IMG/VR virus record: IMGVR_UViG_3300027689_000001
Coordinates: 64,001 to 128,000 of that record
DNA length: 64,000 nt
Origin: a virus
Lineage: Duplodnaviria > Caudoviricetes
Reading direction: 5' to 3' (one strand)
Position 1 is the stretch's first letter. Each line of letters opens with the position of its first letter. Under the pieces are notes generated by a model. The model saw only the letters and a program-made list of their open reading frames with translations. It had not been told where the DNA came from and ran no database searches. Below are positions 45,616 to 55,466 of the stretch, piece after piece. A program made the position numbers and the translations under genes.

Positions 45616-48140
45616 GTAAATAAATCCTCCAGTGATGCGGTTACTTCGGTCTTCCAACCAAGACCTTCGATAATTTGTTTAATTGGTTCCAAGAAACTCT
45701 TCTCGAACATTGTATTATAATCTATATACCTATCTAAGTCAAGCTCTTTTGGAATCTTTCCAATAAAAGCAATGCAATTTTCTCGAATATGATTCGGTTC
45801 TTTCAAGTAGAGAAACTTAATCTTTTCTCCCTCTTGAATGAGTTCATATTTCTTATCTAGTTTATTCTTACGCAAAAGGTGGTTATACATTAACGCACCT
45901 CGAACATGCATAGGTGTTCCCTTGGCATAAATGTCTGCACCAGAAGTATACTTCATAAGACCATTCACACCACGAGGAAATGCAATTTGTTCTGGTTCAA
46001 ACTTATTGAACAACATGCGAGTGTGCGCAATAAAACCCTGAAGAGTTTTCTCGTCGGTGGTCAGTGCTAGTCTTACTGCTTCTTTGAGACTTTCACGAAC
46101 AGGTGCTGGAGTCGAGGAACGAACGATTTCGAGACCCATGACTTTGAGTTTTGGATCTTTGTATCGGACGCCTTCGTTATCGTATACATTGAGTGCATAC
46201 CTTTTCTTCGCAACCCAGAGACCACGTTCTGCGATTGCCTCGCGTTTGAATATAATTTTCTTTTGAAATGCGTTCGTGTAGTCCGCAAGTTGATCGCAAC
46301 TTTGGTTGATTGCCTCTGTGATTTTCTCTTCGCAGATTTTATCGAGAACGTCAATGAGTTTATCGCGTGATAGATTGCCATAATACTTACGAACAAGAGG
46401 GTCCAAGGAAATATAACAAGAATCAGTATCACTGTAGAAAGAGTAGTTGTGTCCATTTGTTCCTACGACCTTATTGAGATAAACATCAAGTGCTGTGCCG
46501 ACTTTCTGAATGATATACTGACCAGTCATAGTGATACCCTCGGCAATACGAGCATCATAGTATCGGAAATATTCATTTGCCAACGCACCGAACAGTGAGT
46601 TCAACTGAATCTTTCTTGCCATCTGAAAGTTATTATACTTTGAGATGTCATTCTTAAGTCGAGAATCTTTAGTGATTTCATATTCTTTTTCGGCAGCAAT
46701 CATCAGTTTCTTATAACGCTGTCGGTCATCGAAGAACTTCTGAACAATCTCGGGAAACTTACCCTGCTTTTCTCGAATATAACAATAACCATTTGCAGTC
46801 ATGGTGCAATCGTTAGTCTGTAGATCACCAAGATCATACTTACCCTCTAACAATCCGTTGACTGTCGTGTCTTTCACATGACCCTCGACGAATGTTTCGG
46901 GCGACTGATTATACTGCATAATGATTGACGGATACAACGAGGTCGCATCGAATGAAACAACCCAGTCGTACTGTCCAGGTTTTGGTTCCTGAACAAACGC
47001 ACCTTCAATCTGTCGACCGCGACTCTCTTTCTTCTGAGGGATCTGGATATTCTGATTGTGAAGGTGATTATAGATGATACAATCCCAAGTGCGAACCTGA
47101 GAGAATACATCATTGAAGTTGCACTTAGCATCGTATGCCATCGTCAAAATCAATTCAACCAACTTCATCTTGTGCTCGAGAGCATCAACGATCTCAACAT
47201 CTCGAATGTTATACTCTACGAACTTCTGCCAGTCCTTGGTGTAGAATTCTCGGAAAGAGTCATATGGATTTTCCATCTTCTTAAGACCAAGTTCCACCTC
47301 ACCAATGTAATCAAGTTTATAACTTTCCCGACGAACATAGGTAAACTTCTTATAGAGATCGATGTAATCAATGATAGCGACACCAGTGATGTCATACGAG
47401 ACATGCTCACGACCCATGATTGTTACGTTCTTGCGACGCACAAGTCCCCATGGAGAGAACTTCTTCTTCATGGTTGTATCATCCTCAGAGCAGAACAACC
47501 GTTCAACTCGAGAGATTAGATATGCAATATCGAAAAGGTCGCAGTTCCAACCTGTAATAATGTCAGGATAATTCTCAGTGTAGAAACGAACGAACGTCTG
47601 TAGAAGATCTCGCTCATTATCGCAGTTGACATACAAGAACTTGTTGCCTTGGGCACGAAGATTCTCGACTTCCTCGCACTTATCATTAAACTCGCCACAA
47701 CCGAATGTGATAATCTGACGAGTGATAAGATTCTTAACAGTGATCAGGAGAACTTCTTCGATCGGATTTTGAACATTAGGAAACCCGTGCTCTGAAGAAG
47801 TTTCAATATCGATAGTCTGAATGTTTAACTGAGTAATATCCCACTGGATTTCTCCAGGATATGTATGGGTAATATATTGATACCCATAATTAGTTTGACC
47901 ATAGATCGGGAAGTTCTCTACTTGACCATATGTCTGGACAAATTCTTTTGCTTCATTGTTATTGGCAAATTCTACAGGTTGTAAGTCCTCTCCGTATAGA
48001 GACTTAAACTTACTGGGTTCTTTTGACTTCACATATAAAGTCGGGGAGAACTCTGCCCTCGTAGTAAAACGCACACCATTATGTACTCCACGGACTAAAA
48101 CCTTGGAACCATACTGGTGTGCGCATGTATAAAATTTCAT
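45612..48140 (-). CDS. gp43: family B DNA polymerase
   Basis: DIET, FDATSLYPS, KIQLNSLFG and YSDTDS motifs. Confidence 0.98.
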   Translation of the reverse strand: MKFYTCAHQYGSKVLVRGVHNGVRFTTRAEFSPTLYVKSKEPSKFKSLYGEDLQPVEFANNNEAKEFVQTYGQVENFPIYGQTNYGYQYITHTYPGEIQWDITQLNIQTIDIETSSEHGFPNVQNPIEEVLLITVKNLITRQIITFGCGEFNDKCEEVENLRAQGNKFLYVNCDNERDLLQTFVRFYTENYPDIITGWNCDLFDIAYLISRVERLFCSEDDTTMKKKFSPWGLVRRKNVTIMGREHVSYDITGVAIIDYIDLYKKFTYVRRESYKLDYIGEVELGLKKMENPYDSFREFYTKDWQKFVEYNIRDVEIVDALEHKMKLVELILTMAYDAKCNFNDVFSQVRTWDCIIYNHLHNQNIQIPQKKESRGRQIEGAFVQEPKPGQYDWVVSFDATSLYPSIIMQYNQSPETFVEGHVKDTTVNGLLEGKYDLGDLQTNDCTMTANGYCYIREKQGKFPEIVQKFFDDRQRYKKLMIAAEKEYEITKDSRLKNDISKYNNFQMARKIQLNSLFGALANEYFRYYDARIAEGITMTGQYIIQKVGTALDVYLNKVVGTNGHNYSFYSDTDSCYISLDPLVRKYYGNLSRDKLIDVLDKICEEKITEAINQSCDQLADYTNAFQKKIIFKREAIAERGLWVAKKRYALNVYDNEGVRYKDPKLKVMGLEIVRSSTPAPVRESLKEAVRLALTTDEKTLQGFIAHTRMLFNKFEPEQIAFPRGVNGLMKYTSGADIYAKGTPMHVRGALMYNHLLRKNKLDKKYELIQEGEKIKFLYLKEPNHIRENCIAFIGKIPKELDLDRYIDYNTMFEKSFLEPIKQIIEGLGWKTEVTASLEDLFT

Positions 48141-48164
48141 GTAAATCCCTCATTATCAAATACT

Positions 48165-48193
48165 ACTATACTATAAAACATAACAAAAGTAAA
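48165..48193 (-). promoter_or_regulatory. sigma70-type promoter for gp43
   Basis: TTTACT-17 nt-TATAGT. Confidence 0.7.
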
Positions 48194-48200
48194 GGGATTA

Positions 48201-48620
48201 TTATTTCTTTCTTCTTGATAATAGTAATTCTAAATCCATATCCTTTGTACCCCCATCATACGCAAGAGCATATCCCTCATCAATCATCTGGTTATTCAAT
48301 GAAGTCTCTTGACCGTTGATGAATAGATGACCAATGATACGACCATATTTCTCTGTACTATCTGGTAACTCAGTTTTGATCAGAATATCTTTAGCATTTG
48401 CAAGAGTTTTCTTCATCCACTCTTTAGACTCAAGTCCCAATGCTTTTTCTTTGAGATTTGTTGTTCGACTTTCTGGAGTATCAATACCTGCAAGACGAAT
48501 TCTTTTAGTAAGGGAAATATCAAAACCAAGGTCGATATCAGCGTCAATAGTGTCGCCATCTACAACTTTGGTAACTGATTTAATACGGTAAATATACGGG
48601 TCTATGTTTGATTGTGTCAT
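48201..48620 (-). CDS. thermonuclease (SNase) family
   Basis: VVDGDT, RLAGIDTPE and KYGR motifs. Confidence 0.92.
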   Translation of the reverse strand: MTQSNIDPYIYRIKSVTKVVDGDTIDADIDLGFDISLTKRIRLAGIDTPESRTTNLKEKALGLESKEWMKKTLANAKDILIKTELPDSTEKYGRIIGHLFINGQETSLNNQMIDEGYALAYDGGTKDMDLELLLSRRKK

Positions 48621-48922
48621 ACAATAAGTTTACTTTCTGGAATTACCAGACCCGAACCATACCGAGAATTATACTCATTGAGCATGCCCACTTCTGGGTC
48701 GAAAATTGAAACAATTGCGCCACCACGGATCGGGACAATACTGTCCTTAGCATATGCGCAGAATGGAGCAAGTCCAATGCCAAACTGGTTATTTTGACCT
48801 TGGGGAACCATCATAATTAACAGGGGTTTACTGAGAACAACAAGGTTTCCATCATCAAACTCAGAAACATCTGCAATGATTTCATCCCCACTGATCAACT
48901 TAACACACTTGACATTGGACAT
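48617..48922 (-). CDS. T4-like Sm-like hypothetical protein
   Basis: VKLISGDEII...GSGLVIP pattern. Confidence 0.75.
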   Translation of the reverse strand: MSNVKCVKLISGDEIIADVSEFDDGNLVVLSKPLLIMMVPQGQNNQFGIGLAPFCAYAKDSIVPIRGGAIVSIFDPEVGMLNEYNSRYGSGLVIPESKLIV

Positions 48923-48951
48923 ACTTTATACCTTCATTATTTAAATTAAGA

Positions 48952-49440
48952 TTACTTAGTTTTACCTTCTGCTAAGAATTCGGCAGCTTGCGACGGATAC
49001 TCATTTTCCTCATCGGTGATGTCGATTTTCTTTGCTTTCTTTTCTTCTGGAATAAATGCTTCAAGAAAAATCTTCAGCATACCATTAACCAGAGAAGAAC
49101 TCTTTACTTCAACATTGTCGGCGAGAGTGAATTCACGTTTGAATCCTCGCTCGGCAATTCCCTTGTAGAGATATTCAGTAGACTCCGATGACTCACATTT
49201 TCCGTGAATACTCAACAGACCCTCTTGCAATTGAATATCAATCTCCGACTTACCGAAACCAGCAACTGCCAGTTCGATTACGTATCGATCTTCATCGACT
49301 TTCTTGATATTGTATGGGGGGTATTTAATTGGCATCATTAGCGTCGATTGATCAGCGATGTCTGCCAATCTCTTCATGACGCGATCAGCGCCGACGAAAT
49401 AACGGTCGAAGTCTGCTAGATTAGTTGTATTAAATTTCAT
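48952..49440 (-). CDS. hsp20: small heat shock protein (Hsp20/IbpA)
   Basis: YPPYNI, IELAVAGF, YLYKGIA.R.F.R.F.LA and NGML motifs. Confidence 0.96.
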   Translation of the reverse strand: MKFNTTNLADFDRYFVGADRVMKRLADIADQSTLMMPIKYPPYNIKKVDEDRYVIELAVAGFGKSEIDIQLQEGLLSIHGKCESSESTEYLYKGIAERGFKREFTLADNVEVKSSSLVNGMLKIFLEAFIPEEKKAKKIDITDEENEYPSQAAEFLAEGKTK

Positions 49441-49497
49441 AATTGTTCTCCTATTAAGCGAGATTAAAAAAGTGTGCCATCCGAAGCATGGCACTCT
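49441..49497 (-). promoter_or_regulatory. ROSE-like RNA thermometer in the hsp20 5' UTR
   Basis: Hairpin GTGCCAT/ATGGCAC, then TCTCGCT-TAAT-AGGAGA sequestering the SD. Confidence 0.7.
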
Positions 49498-49498
49498 C

Positions 49499-49506
49499 TA
49501 TTTATA
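49499..49506 (-). promoter_or_regulatory. T4 late promoter
   Basis: TATAAATA. Confidence 0.8.
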
Positions 49507-49530
49507 TTATATTTTTAAAAGAAGGGAAAA

Positions 49531-50280
49531 TTATTTTTTAAGTATTTCCCATGTTCCATCATAATTTTCTACAAGAGCGGTGCAACTCTCACACCAGTCA
49601 CCATCGTTCATGTAAACAATCTCATCATATTGTGTAATTTCCGCATGATGAATATGTCCGCAGATAACTCCATCGTAACCCTTGCGTTTACAATAGTAAG
49701 ACATTTCTTTTTCGAACTCACCAATATAATTAGCAGCAAGTTTTGCTTTACGCTTTAAATACTTTGCTAAACTCCATGGTTGCATCCCGAGCAGTCTTCT
49801 TGATGCATTAATAATCTTATTGACATAGAGCAGAGAGTCATATGCAAAGTCTCCAAGATGCATAATGACTCGACCAGTCTTTGTTCGCATCAAGTTATCG
49901 AAGAGATCACCATGCACTACCAAATAGCGTTTACCATCTACTCCAACATGAACACATCTATGTTCTACTTGGATTCTACCAATTGATATATCTGGGAACG
50001 ATCTAAAAATTTCATCATGATTACCAGTGACATATATTACTTCTGTCTTTTCTGACATCTTGAGTATTTTTCTGACAATTTGGTTGTGTATTTTTGGCCA
50101 ATACCATTTCTTTTTGAGTCGCCACACATCGACAATATCTCCGACAAGATACAACTTTTCAGTTCGAATCATAGATAGAAATTCTAACAGAGCATCAGAG
50201 TTGCAATGCTTGGACCCAAGATGTAAGTCTGATATGAATACGGATTTGTATTTTTTGCCCGTATTCATTGGCATATACAA
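49531..50280 (-). CDS. UDP-2,3-diacylglucosamine hydrolase-like metallophosphoesterase
   Basis: SDLHLG, GDIVD, GNHD, HGD, CGHIH and NDGDWCE motifs. Confidence 0.88.
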   Translation of the reverse strand: MYMPMNTGKKYKSVFISDLHLGSKHCNSDALLEFLSMIRTEKLYLVGDIVDVWRLKKKWYWPKIHNQIVRKILKMSEKTEVIYVTGNHDEIFRSFPDISIGRIQVEHRCVHVGVDGKRYLVVHGDLFDNLMRTKTGRVIMHLGDFAYDSLLYVNKIINASRRLLGMQPWSLAKYLKRKAKLAANYIGEFEKEMSYYCKRKGYDGVICGHIHHAEITQYDEIVYMNDGDWCESCTALVENYDGTWEILKK

Positions 50281-50282
50281 AA

Positions 50283-50699
50283 TTACCTTTTTGTTCCAAT
50301 ATTATATTTTTGGACCAGTTCCCACTCACCCTTTTCTTTGTGAGCGATAATCTTAATTTGATTTAGTGGTGCAAGATTTTCGTGCAGTTCTGGATTCTTA
50401 ATGTCTACCAGACCCCAATCACCAAGCAACTTGGCAATGGTGTTTCTACGTTCTAGATCATTGTCGCTAAAGTCAGCACCCTTGCCATCTAGAGCAAAAA
50501 GTTCCTTAAAGTGAACAATGAAGTATCTACCTTGTTTATGTAGAATATGGCAGGACTGGAAAAGAGTCTTTTCCTTGCGTGATGCTACACCAATACGCGA
50601 AAGAGTTTCGCGAACCTTTAGAAAATCATCTGGAGTTTTAAGAGTTATCTCTAGTGGAGCATACCCAGGAAAGTTAATGTCAAAAAAATCATCAGTCAT
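50283..50699 (-). CDS. regA: translational repressor RegA
   Basis: DDFLKVRETLSRIG...CHILHKQGRYFIVHFKE. Confidence 0.97.
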   Translation of the reverse strand: MTDDFFDINFPGYAPLEITLKTPDDFLKVRETLSRIGVASRKEKTLFQSCHILHKQGRYFIVHFKELFALDGKGADFSDNDLERRNTIAKLLGDWGLVDIKNPELHENLAPLNQIKIIAHKEKGEWELVQKYNIGTKR

Positions 50700-51151
50700 T
50701 TAGTACCACCTTTATACAATTTCTCTTTTATGTATTGTTTTTGTTCTTCAGAGAGAATTGCAAGTACTTGGCGTGCTTTTTCATTGCTATAACCATAATA
50801 CTCTTTGATCAACTCTACATCAGCATTCTTTTCGGTCTTTAACCACTTATCCCAACGGTTTTTTGCCCGTATAGTATTTATAAGAAACGCATTCTGTAGA
50901 GCATTATCGAGGTGGGGACGACAATTCATCTCATTCGCTTGAATAATAGTCTCGCGATTTAATGAAAGTGCTCGATTAATGATATATGGGGTGTATTGTT
51001 TCTCCGATCTTTCGTCTACAATAAGATTTTTTTGTTGATTGATATTCTTGACAAACTCAAATGGACTTATCTTAGATATCTTTTCAACATAATCTTCTGA
51101 ATTGTAAATCTTAGTAGGTGCACCCAAACCTTCTAGGATTGCTTCTGTCAT
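50696..51151 (-). CDS. gp62: clamp loader small subunit
   Basis: Y.PYIINR.LS...YYGYS.EKA; gene position. Confidence 0.92.
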   Translation of the reverse strand: MTEAILEGLGAPTKIYNSEDYVEKISKISPFEFVKNINQQKNLIVDERSEKQYTPYIINRALSLNRETIIQANEMNCRPHLDNALQNAFLINTIRAKNRWDKWLKTEKNADVELIKEYYGYSNEKARQVLAILSEEQKQYIKEKLYKGGTK

Positions 51152-52083
51152 TTCCACACCGCAGTCGCCATGATGTCAGTCAAACATGCAACCAGATTGA
51201 TTTCCTGATCGACTGCAAATGCTGCCTTGTATTGATAGTCTGCAAGAAGAAGAATGATAACAGGGATATTTTTAAACTCATCAAGGTACACATCATAGAT
51301 CTTGCGAATGATAGCATTGGGATCATTGTCCATATTATCAACGACCCATGAGCGCATCTTCGCCCAATCTTTGCCTTGAAGATAAGTCAACAGACTTTTC
51401 ATATCAAGATCTTTATTGCTAATGAGAACACCCTCATCAATAGTGCCACCGACACTATAACGTTGAAGTTCGTTTAGGACGCGACGATAATCAGGAAAAT
51501 GCTTCTTGAGAACATGAGCAACCACCTTCTCATCAAAGGTAACATTCTCTCCACGAAGAATGTCAGTCAATCGTTTCATGAAACGACCTGCCATTTTCGG
51601 ACGATCTGCCTTGGTAAGTTTAAATTCGATAACTGCACACCGACTATGCAGTGGAGAAATAATCTTATCCTTAAAGTTACAGGTGAAGATAAATCGACAG
51701 TTATTCGAGTATTGTTCGATGAACGCACGAAGCGCAGGTTGTGTTGAATTTGGATTGAGGTAATCTGCCTCATCAAGAATTACGATCTTGGGTTTACCAT
51801 TAAATGAAACCGACGCAGCAAACTCTGTAATCTTTGTACGTAGAGTATCAATATTTCTATCATCAGAACCATTGATAATTAGATAATCACATCCAAGTTC
51901 TTCACAGACTGCGCGAGCGATGGTAGTCTTACCAACACCCGCAGAACCACAGAGAAGCATGTTAGGAATTTCGCCAGATTCAACAAACTGGCGGAAGGTA
52001 TTTAATTGTGCATCTGGAAGGATGCAGTCGTCCAATTTACGAGGACGATACTTCTCGACCCAGAGAAACTGCGCATTGCTCAT
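51148..52083 (-). CDS. gp44: clamp loader large subunit
   Basis: WVEKYRP, GVGKTT, DEAD and SRC motifs. Confidence 0.97.
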   Translation of the reverse strand: MSNAQFLWVEKYRPRKLDDCILPDAQLNTFRQFVESGEIPNMLLCGSAGVGKTTIARAVCEELGCDYLIINGSDDRNIDTLRTKITEFAASVSFNGKPKIVILDEADYLNPNSTQPALRAFIEQYSNNCRFIFTCNFKDKIISPLHSRCAVIEFKLTKADRPKMAGRFMKRLTDILRGENVTFDEKVVAHVLKKHFPDYRRVLNELQRYSVGGTIDEGVLISNKDLDMKSLLTYLQGKDWAKMRSWVVDNMDNDPNAIIRKIYDVYLDEFKNIPVIILLLADYQYKAAFAVDQEINLVACLTDIMATAVWK

Positions 52084-52166
52084 AATAATCTCCATAATAA
52101 AAGGTGGGTGATGCCTCATCGATGACGCTCTTCGCAGCAGCAGACATCACCCTCAGCGAAGTTTGA

Positions 52167-52706
52167 CTAACTATTCGATTGCAACCAATGCAAGATAGTG
52201 TATGGATCAGTCTCTCCATACGGATCAGTCTCACAGTTATCTTCCTTCCCAGGTTCGATAAACCACTTCTCGATCTTACCGTTGTCTACGACAACTGCAT
52301 AACGCCAAGAACGAATACCAAAACCAAGATTGTCCTTATAAACTTCCATGTTCATACCAGAAGTAAACTCTGCAGAACCATCAGGGATAACCTTGACATA
52401 CTCAAGGTTTTGCGACTCTGCCCACTTATTCATCACGAAAGAATCATTGACCGACAGGCAGTAGATCTCGTCGATACCATGAGAGTAAAAACTCATCGCC
52501 AGTTCGTCAAATCCAGGAAGTTGCATCGTCGAACAAGTAGGAGTAAATGCTCCAGGAAGCGAGAATAGGATAACACGTTTACCTGCGAACAAATCAAACG
52601 ATGTCACATCTTCCCAGCGATAAGGATTATCGCCATCGATGGATTCGTCTCGAACGCGAGTCTTGAAGACTACACTCGGAACAACTGTTGGTAGATTATC
52701 ATGCAC
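52167..52706 (-). CDS. peroxiredoxin (Prx5 type)
   Basis: SLPGAFTPTCS, SVNDSFVM and RSWRYA; GTG start with GGAG RBS. Confidence 0.95.
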   Translation of the reverse strand: MHDNLPTVVPSVVFKTRVRDESIDGDNPYRWEDVTSFDLFAGKRVILFSLPGAFTPTCSTMQLPGFDELAMSFYSHGIDEIYCLSVNDSFVMNKWAESQNLEYVKVIPDGSAEFTSGMNMEVYKDNLGFGIRSWRYAVVVDNGKIEKWFIEPGKEDNCETDPYGETDPYTILHWLQSNS

Positions 52707-52872
52707 TTGGATTCTCCACTTGAACATCCCAATCATTGAGAATCAGGAACTTATTAAACTGACGGATGACTTCATCGACACTACCCGTAGTAAATTCAAT
52801 AGAGGTTGCTCGACCAGTTTCATCAGCATCATATGGAACTCGCGCATTGAAAGTAATTTCTAATTTTTGCAT
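52699..52872 (-). CDS. hypothetical protein (57 aa)
   Basis: Not in the track: MQKLEITFNARVPY...; AAGGA RBS. Confidence 0.7.
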   Translation of the reverse strand: MQKLEITFNARVPYDADETGRATSIEFTTGSVDEVIRQFNKFLILNDWDVQVENPSA

Positions 52873-52882
52873 GTTCTTATCC

Positions 52883-53542
52883 TTATACGACCGACGAGGG
52901 TTCCATTGCCAACCAGTATTCCAACTTCTTGGACAGGTTGTTAAAGTGCATTGCCTTCTTCTTTCCGAGAGTTACCTCATAGTCGTCAGCAATAACCTTC
53001 AGATTCTCAACCTTCAGTCGGCAATCAAAGTCACCTTCTGCATTATTGTCAAGTTCGCGACGGAATGCATTCGCACGAGGATTGGCAGGGTCACTAACAG
53101 TCAGAGTCACCTTACCACCCTTAGAGACAACGCTCATGGTTGGGGCAGAAAGAATAGACGCTGCCTTCTGAACCATACCGATCTCAGAAGAAGTCATCTT
53201 GAAGGTGAAGAACGGATCGATCTCGAGAGTCTTATAGGGAGCAGCGGTAACAACCGAGGGATCAGCGTAACCATACTCGAATTCTGACTTGTCCTTGCGA
53301 AGGAACATGCTCGACTCTTCAAACTCGATATCTTGCTCGTCCCAGATGCTGAGAAGAGCGAGGAGATTGGGGAGATCATACACTGCGAATTCGCGAGGGA
53401 ATGATTCAGATACAGTGGCAAGAGTCAGAATGTTCTTACCTTCACTTACAGTCGCAAGAACAGAACCTGCACGAACGACAATGTTCGTATTAATCGAGGC
53501 AAAGTTCTTTAGAACTGCGAGAGTTTCGTTAGAGATCTTCAT
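52883..53542 (-). CDS. gp45: sliding clamp
   Basis: MKISNETLAVLKNFASIN...YWLAME. Confidence 0.96.
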   Translation of the reverse strand: MKISNETLAVLKNFASINTNIVVRAGSVLATVSEGKNILTLATVSESFPREFAVYDLPNLLALLSIWDEQDIEFEESSMFLRKDKSEFEYGYADPSVVTAAPYKTLEIDPFFTFKMTSSEIGMVQKAASILSAPTMSVVSKGGKVTLTVSDPANPRANAFRRELDNNAEGDFDCRLKVENLKVIADDYEVTLGKKKAMHFNNLSKKLEYWLAMEPSSVV

Positions 53543-53548
53543 AATATA

Positions 53549-53980
53549 TTAGTCCTTAGTATTCAGAGAGGTTTTAAGAGATGGTAATGTAATAGTACCA
53601 CCATTGGTTATACTATCATTGTTAAAGAAAGTCAAGGTATTTGTTGTACTTCCCATAGTAGTAAAGTTGTCATTATTAATGATTAGATCGGTTATCGAAT
53701 CTTCTTCATATTCTTTATCATGCACATGCAGAGCAATAATCGCGTAATGAATAACTTTCATAAGATCTTTACGCCAGTCATCAGGAGTTCCTTTATTACC
53801 GTAACGCTGGGCATACTTCATGATGTTGCCAATAGTAAACCCCTCACCATGACCACCGTCGATAATAAATTCAGTTGCCTGAAACTTATTCTGAGAGTAG
53901 TGTTCATTGTATGTGGAGTTTATATAGTCGGTGATCTCCCGTAGGAAATCACCCTCATTATACTTATACTTAATTGTCAT
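53549..53980 (-). CDS. DUF3310-like protein
   Basis: HY...GF.IGNIMKYAQRYG.K...DLMK. Confidence 0.8.
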   Translation of the reverse strand: MTIKYKYNEGDFLREITDYINSTYNEHYSQNKFQATEFIIDGGHGEGFTIGNIMKYAQRYGNKGTPDDWRKDLMKVIHYAIIALHVHDKEYEEDSITDLIINNDNFTTMGSTTNTLTFFNNDSITNGGTITLPSLKTSLNTKD

Positions 53981-53989
53981 GTTTTCTCC

Positions 53990-55153
53990 TTAAAATGGCA
54001 TTTCTTCAGTTTGATCAAAATAGGAATCATTGTTGTCTGTCGGTTCAGCGACAGAGTCCGCATTCACATCAACCTTGCTATAGAGGTCGAGGAATGCTGC
54101 CTTGGTGTCAGCGTCGAAACGGTTGACGCACAACTGGATTGCCTTAGAACGGTCGCCGAACATCGCGAAGGCATTGACGATGTGCTCAAGACGACGAGTG
54201 GAAACTAGTTCGTCGACACCACCGTCATAGAAAGTCTTACGGATGATTTCTGCCCACGTGGTCAGTTTGTCAGCGAATTCTTCGTCAACCTTTCCTGCCT
54301 TTTCCATCTTATTCATCACGATCTTCTTTTCGATCTTGGCGGAAGGATATTCCTGCTCAACAGTGATGGCAAAACGCTCAAGGAAAGCATCGTCGAGGAT
54401 TTGGGCAGACATAAACTTGCCATCGTCAGAACCACGACCCTTGGTGTTAGCAGTGGCGATGACGTTGAACCCTGCCTTGGGGTAAATCGTCTCGCCAGTT
54501 TTCTTATTGAAATAAGGTTTACCCTCAAGGATTGCTTGAAGGCACATCATCTTGTTCGAACCACGGTCGATTTCGTCAAGGATGAGGATAGCACCACGCT
54601 TCATGGCGGTCAGAACTGGACCTTCGCGGTAGACAACGTTACCGTCGATCAGAGTGTTACCACCGATCAGATCGTCTTCGTCAGTTTCGATAGAGATGTT
54701 AACACGAATGCATTCACGCTTCAACTTAGCGCATGCCTGTTCAATCATGGTGGTCTTACCGTTACCAGACAGACCAGAAACGAACGTCGGGTAGAACACA
54801 CCAGCGTTCAGAATCTTGATTAGATCCTTATAGAAACCAAACGGGACATAGGTCTTGTCGACCGAGGGAACAAGATTCTCAATGAGAACTTCTAACTTAG
54901 GAGCGATAACAATCTTCGCTGGTTCGCGAACAGGCATCGGGATAACGTTACCTGACATCAGAGGTGACAGATCGTACTTACCACGACCGATGCGGTGCTC
55001 GGTCATGTTTAGCAACCAGAAAGGAATCTTCTGACCGAGGTCACGGGCAGCAGCGACGATTTCCTTCTTAAGGAAAATCCCATTTTTGCTGTTGGAGTTG
55101 GAGAGTTTTTCAAGCAGTGCTTCACGGTTCATAATCATATTCATCATCCTCAC
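53990..55153 (-). CDS. MoxR/CobS-like AAA+ ATPase
   Basis: GLSGNGKT, LDEID, ATANTKG and AFLERF motifs. Confidence 0.92.
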   Translation of the reverse strand: MRMMNMIMNREALLEKLSNSNSKNGIFLKKEIVAAARDLGQKIPFWLLNMTEHRIGRGKYDLSPLMSGNVIPMPVREPAKIVIAPKLEVLIENLVPSVDKTYVPFGFYKDLIKILNAGVFYPTFVSGLSGNGKTTMIEQACAKLKRECIRVNISIETDEDDLIGGNTLIDGNVVYREGPVLTAMKRGAILILDEIDRGSNKMMCLQAILEGKPYFNKKTGETIYPKAGFNVIATANTKGRGSDDGKFMSAQILDDAFLERFAITVEQEYPSAKIEKKIVMNKMEKAGKVDEEFADKLTTWAEIIRKTFYDGGVDELVSTRRLEHIVNAFAMFGDRSKAIQLCVNRFDADTKAAFLDLYSKVDVNADSVAEPTDNNDSYFDQTEEMPF

Positions 55154-55171
55154 ATCATCATAATATAATAC

Positions 55172-55200
55172 ATTCTACCGCAATTTTGCGGTAAAGTCAA
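55172..55200 (-). promoter_or_regulatory. sigma70-type early promoter with palindromic spacer
   Basis: TTGACT-17 nt-TAGAAT; TACCGCAA/TTGCGGTA. Confidence 0.88.
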
Positions 55201-55208
55201 CAGTTTTT

Positions 55209-55406
55209 TCAAGAAAGAAGCGTCAATTCACGACGTTCAGACAATTCATAAGTACCATCATTGCAGAAGTCATAATATTCAACGGTTTCATCAAGAAGAA
55301 GAATAAACCCAGCACCGTTGGGATAAACAGCACGAAGGACACCATTTTCATCACGCGACCATTTAAGGAGGACGAGAGTTTCAAGTTCAGAGGGGAAATC
55401 AACCAT
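55209..55406 (-). CDS. early hypothetical protein
   Basis: Own promoter; AAGGA RBS. Confidence 0.7.
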   Translation of the reverse strand: MVDFPSELETLVLLKWSRDENGVLRAVYPNGAGFILLLDETVEYYDFCNDGTYELSERRELTLLS

Positions 55407-55437
55407 AATAAAATTTTCCTTTTCAAATTATATACAC

Positions 55438-55466
55438 AGTATACCCCAAAACTGCGATAAAGTCAA
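55438..55466 (-). promoter_or_regulatory. sigma70-type early promoter
   Basis: TTGACT-17 nt-TATACT. Confidence 0.9.
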
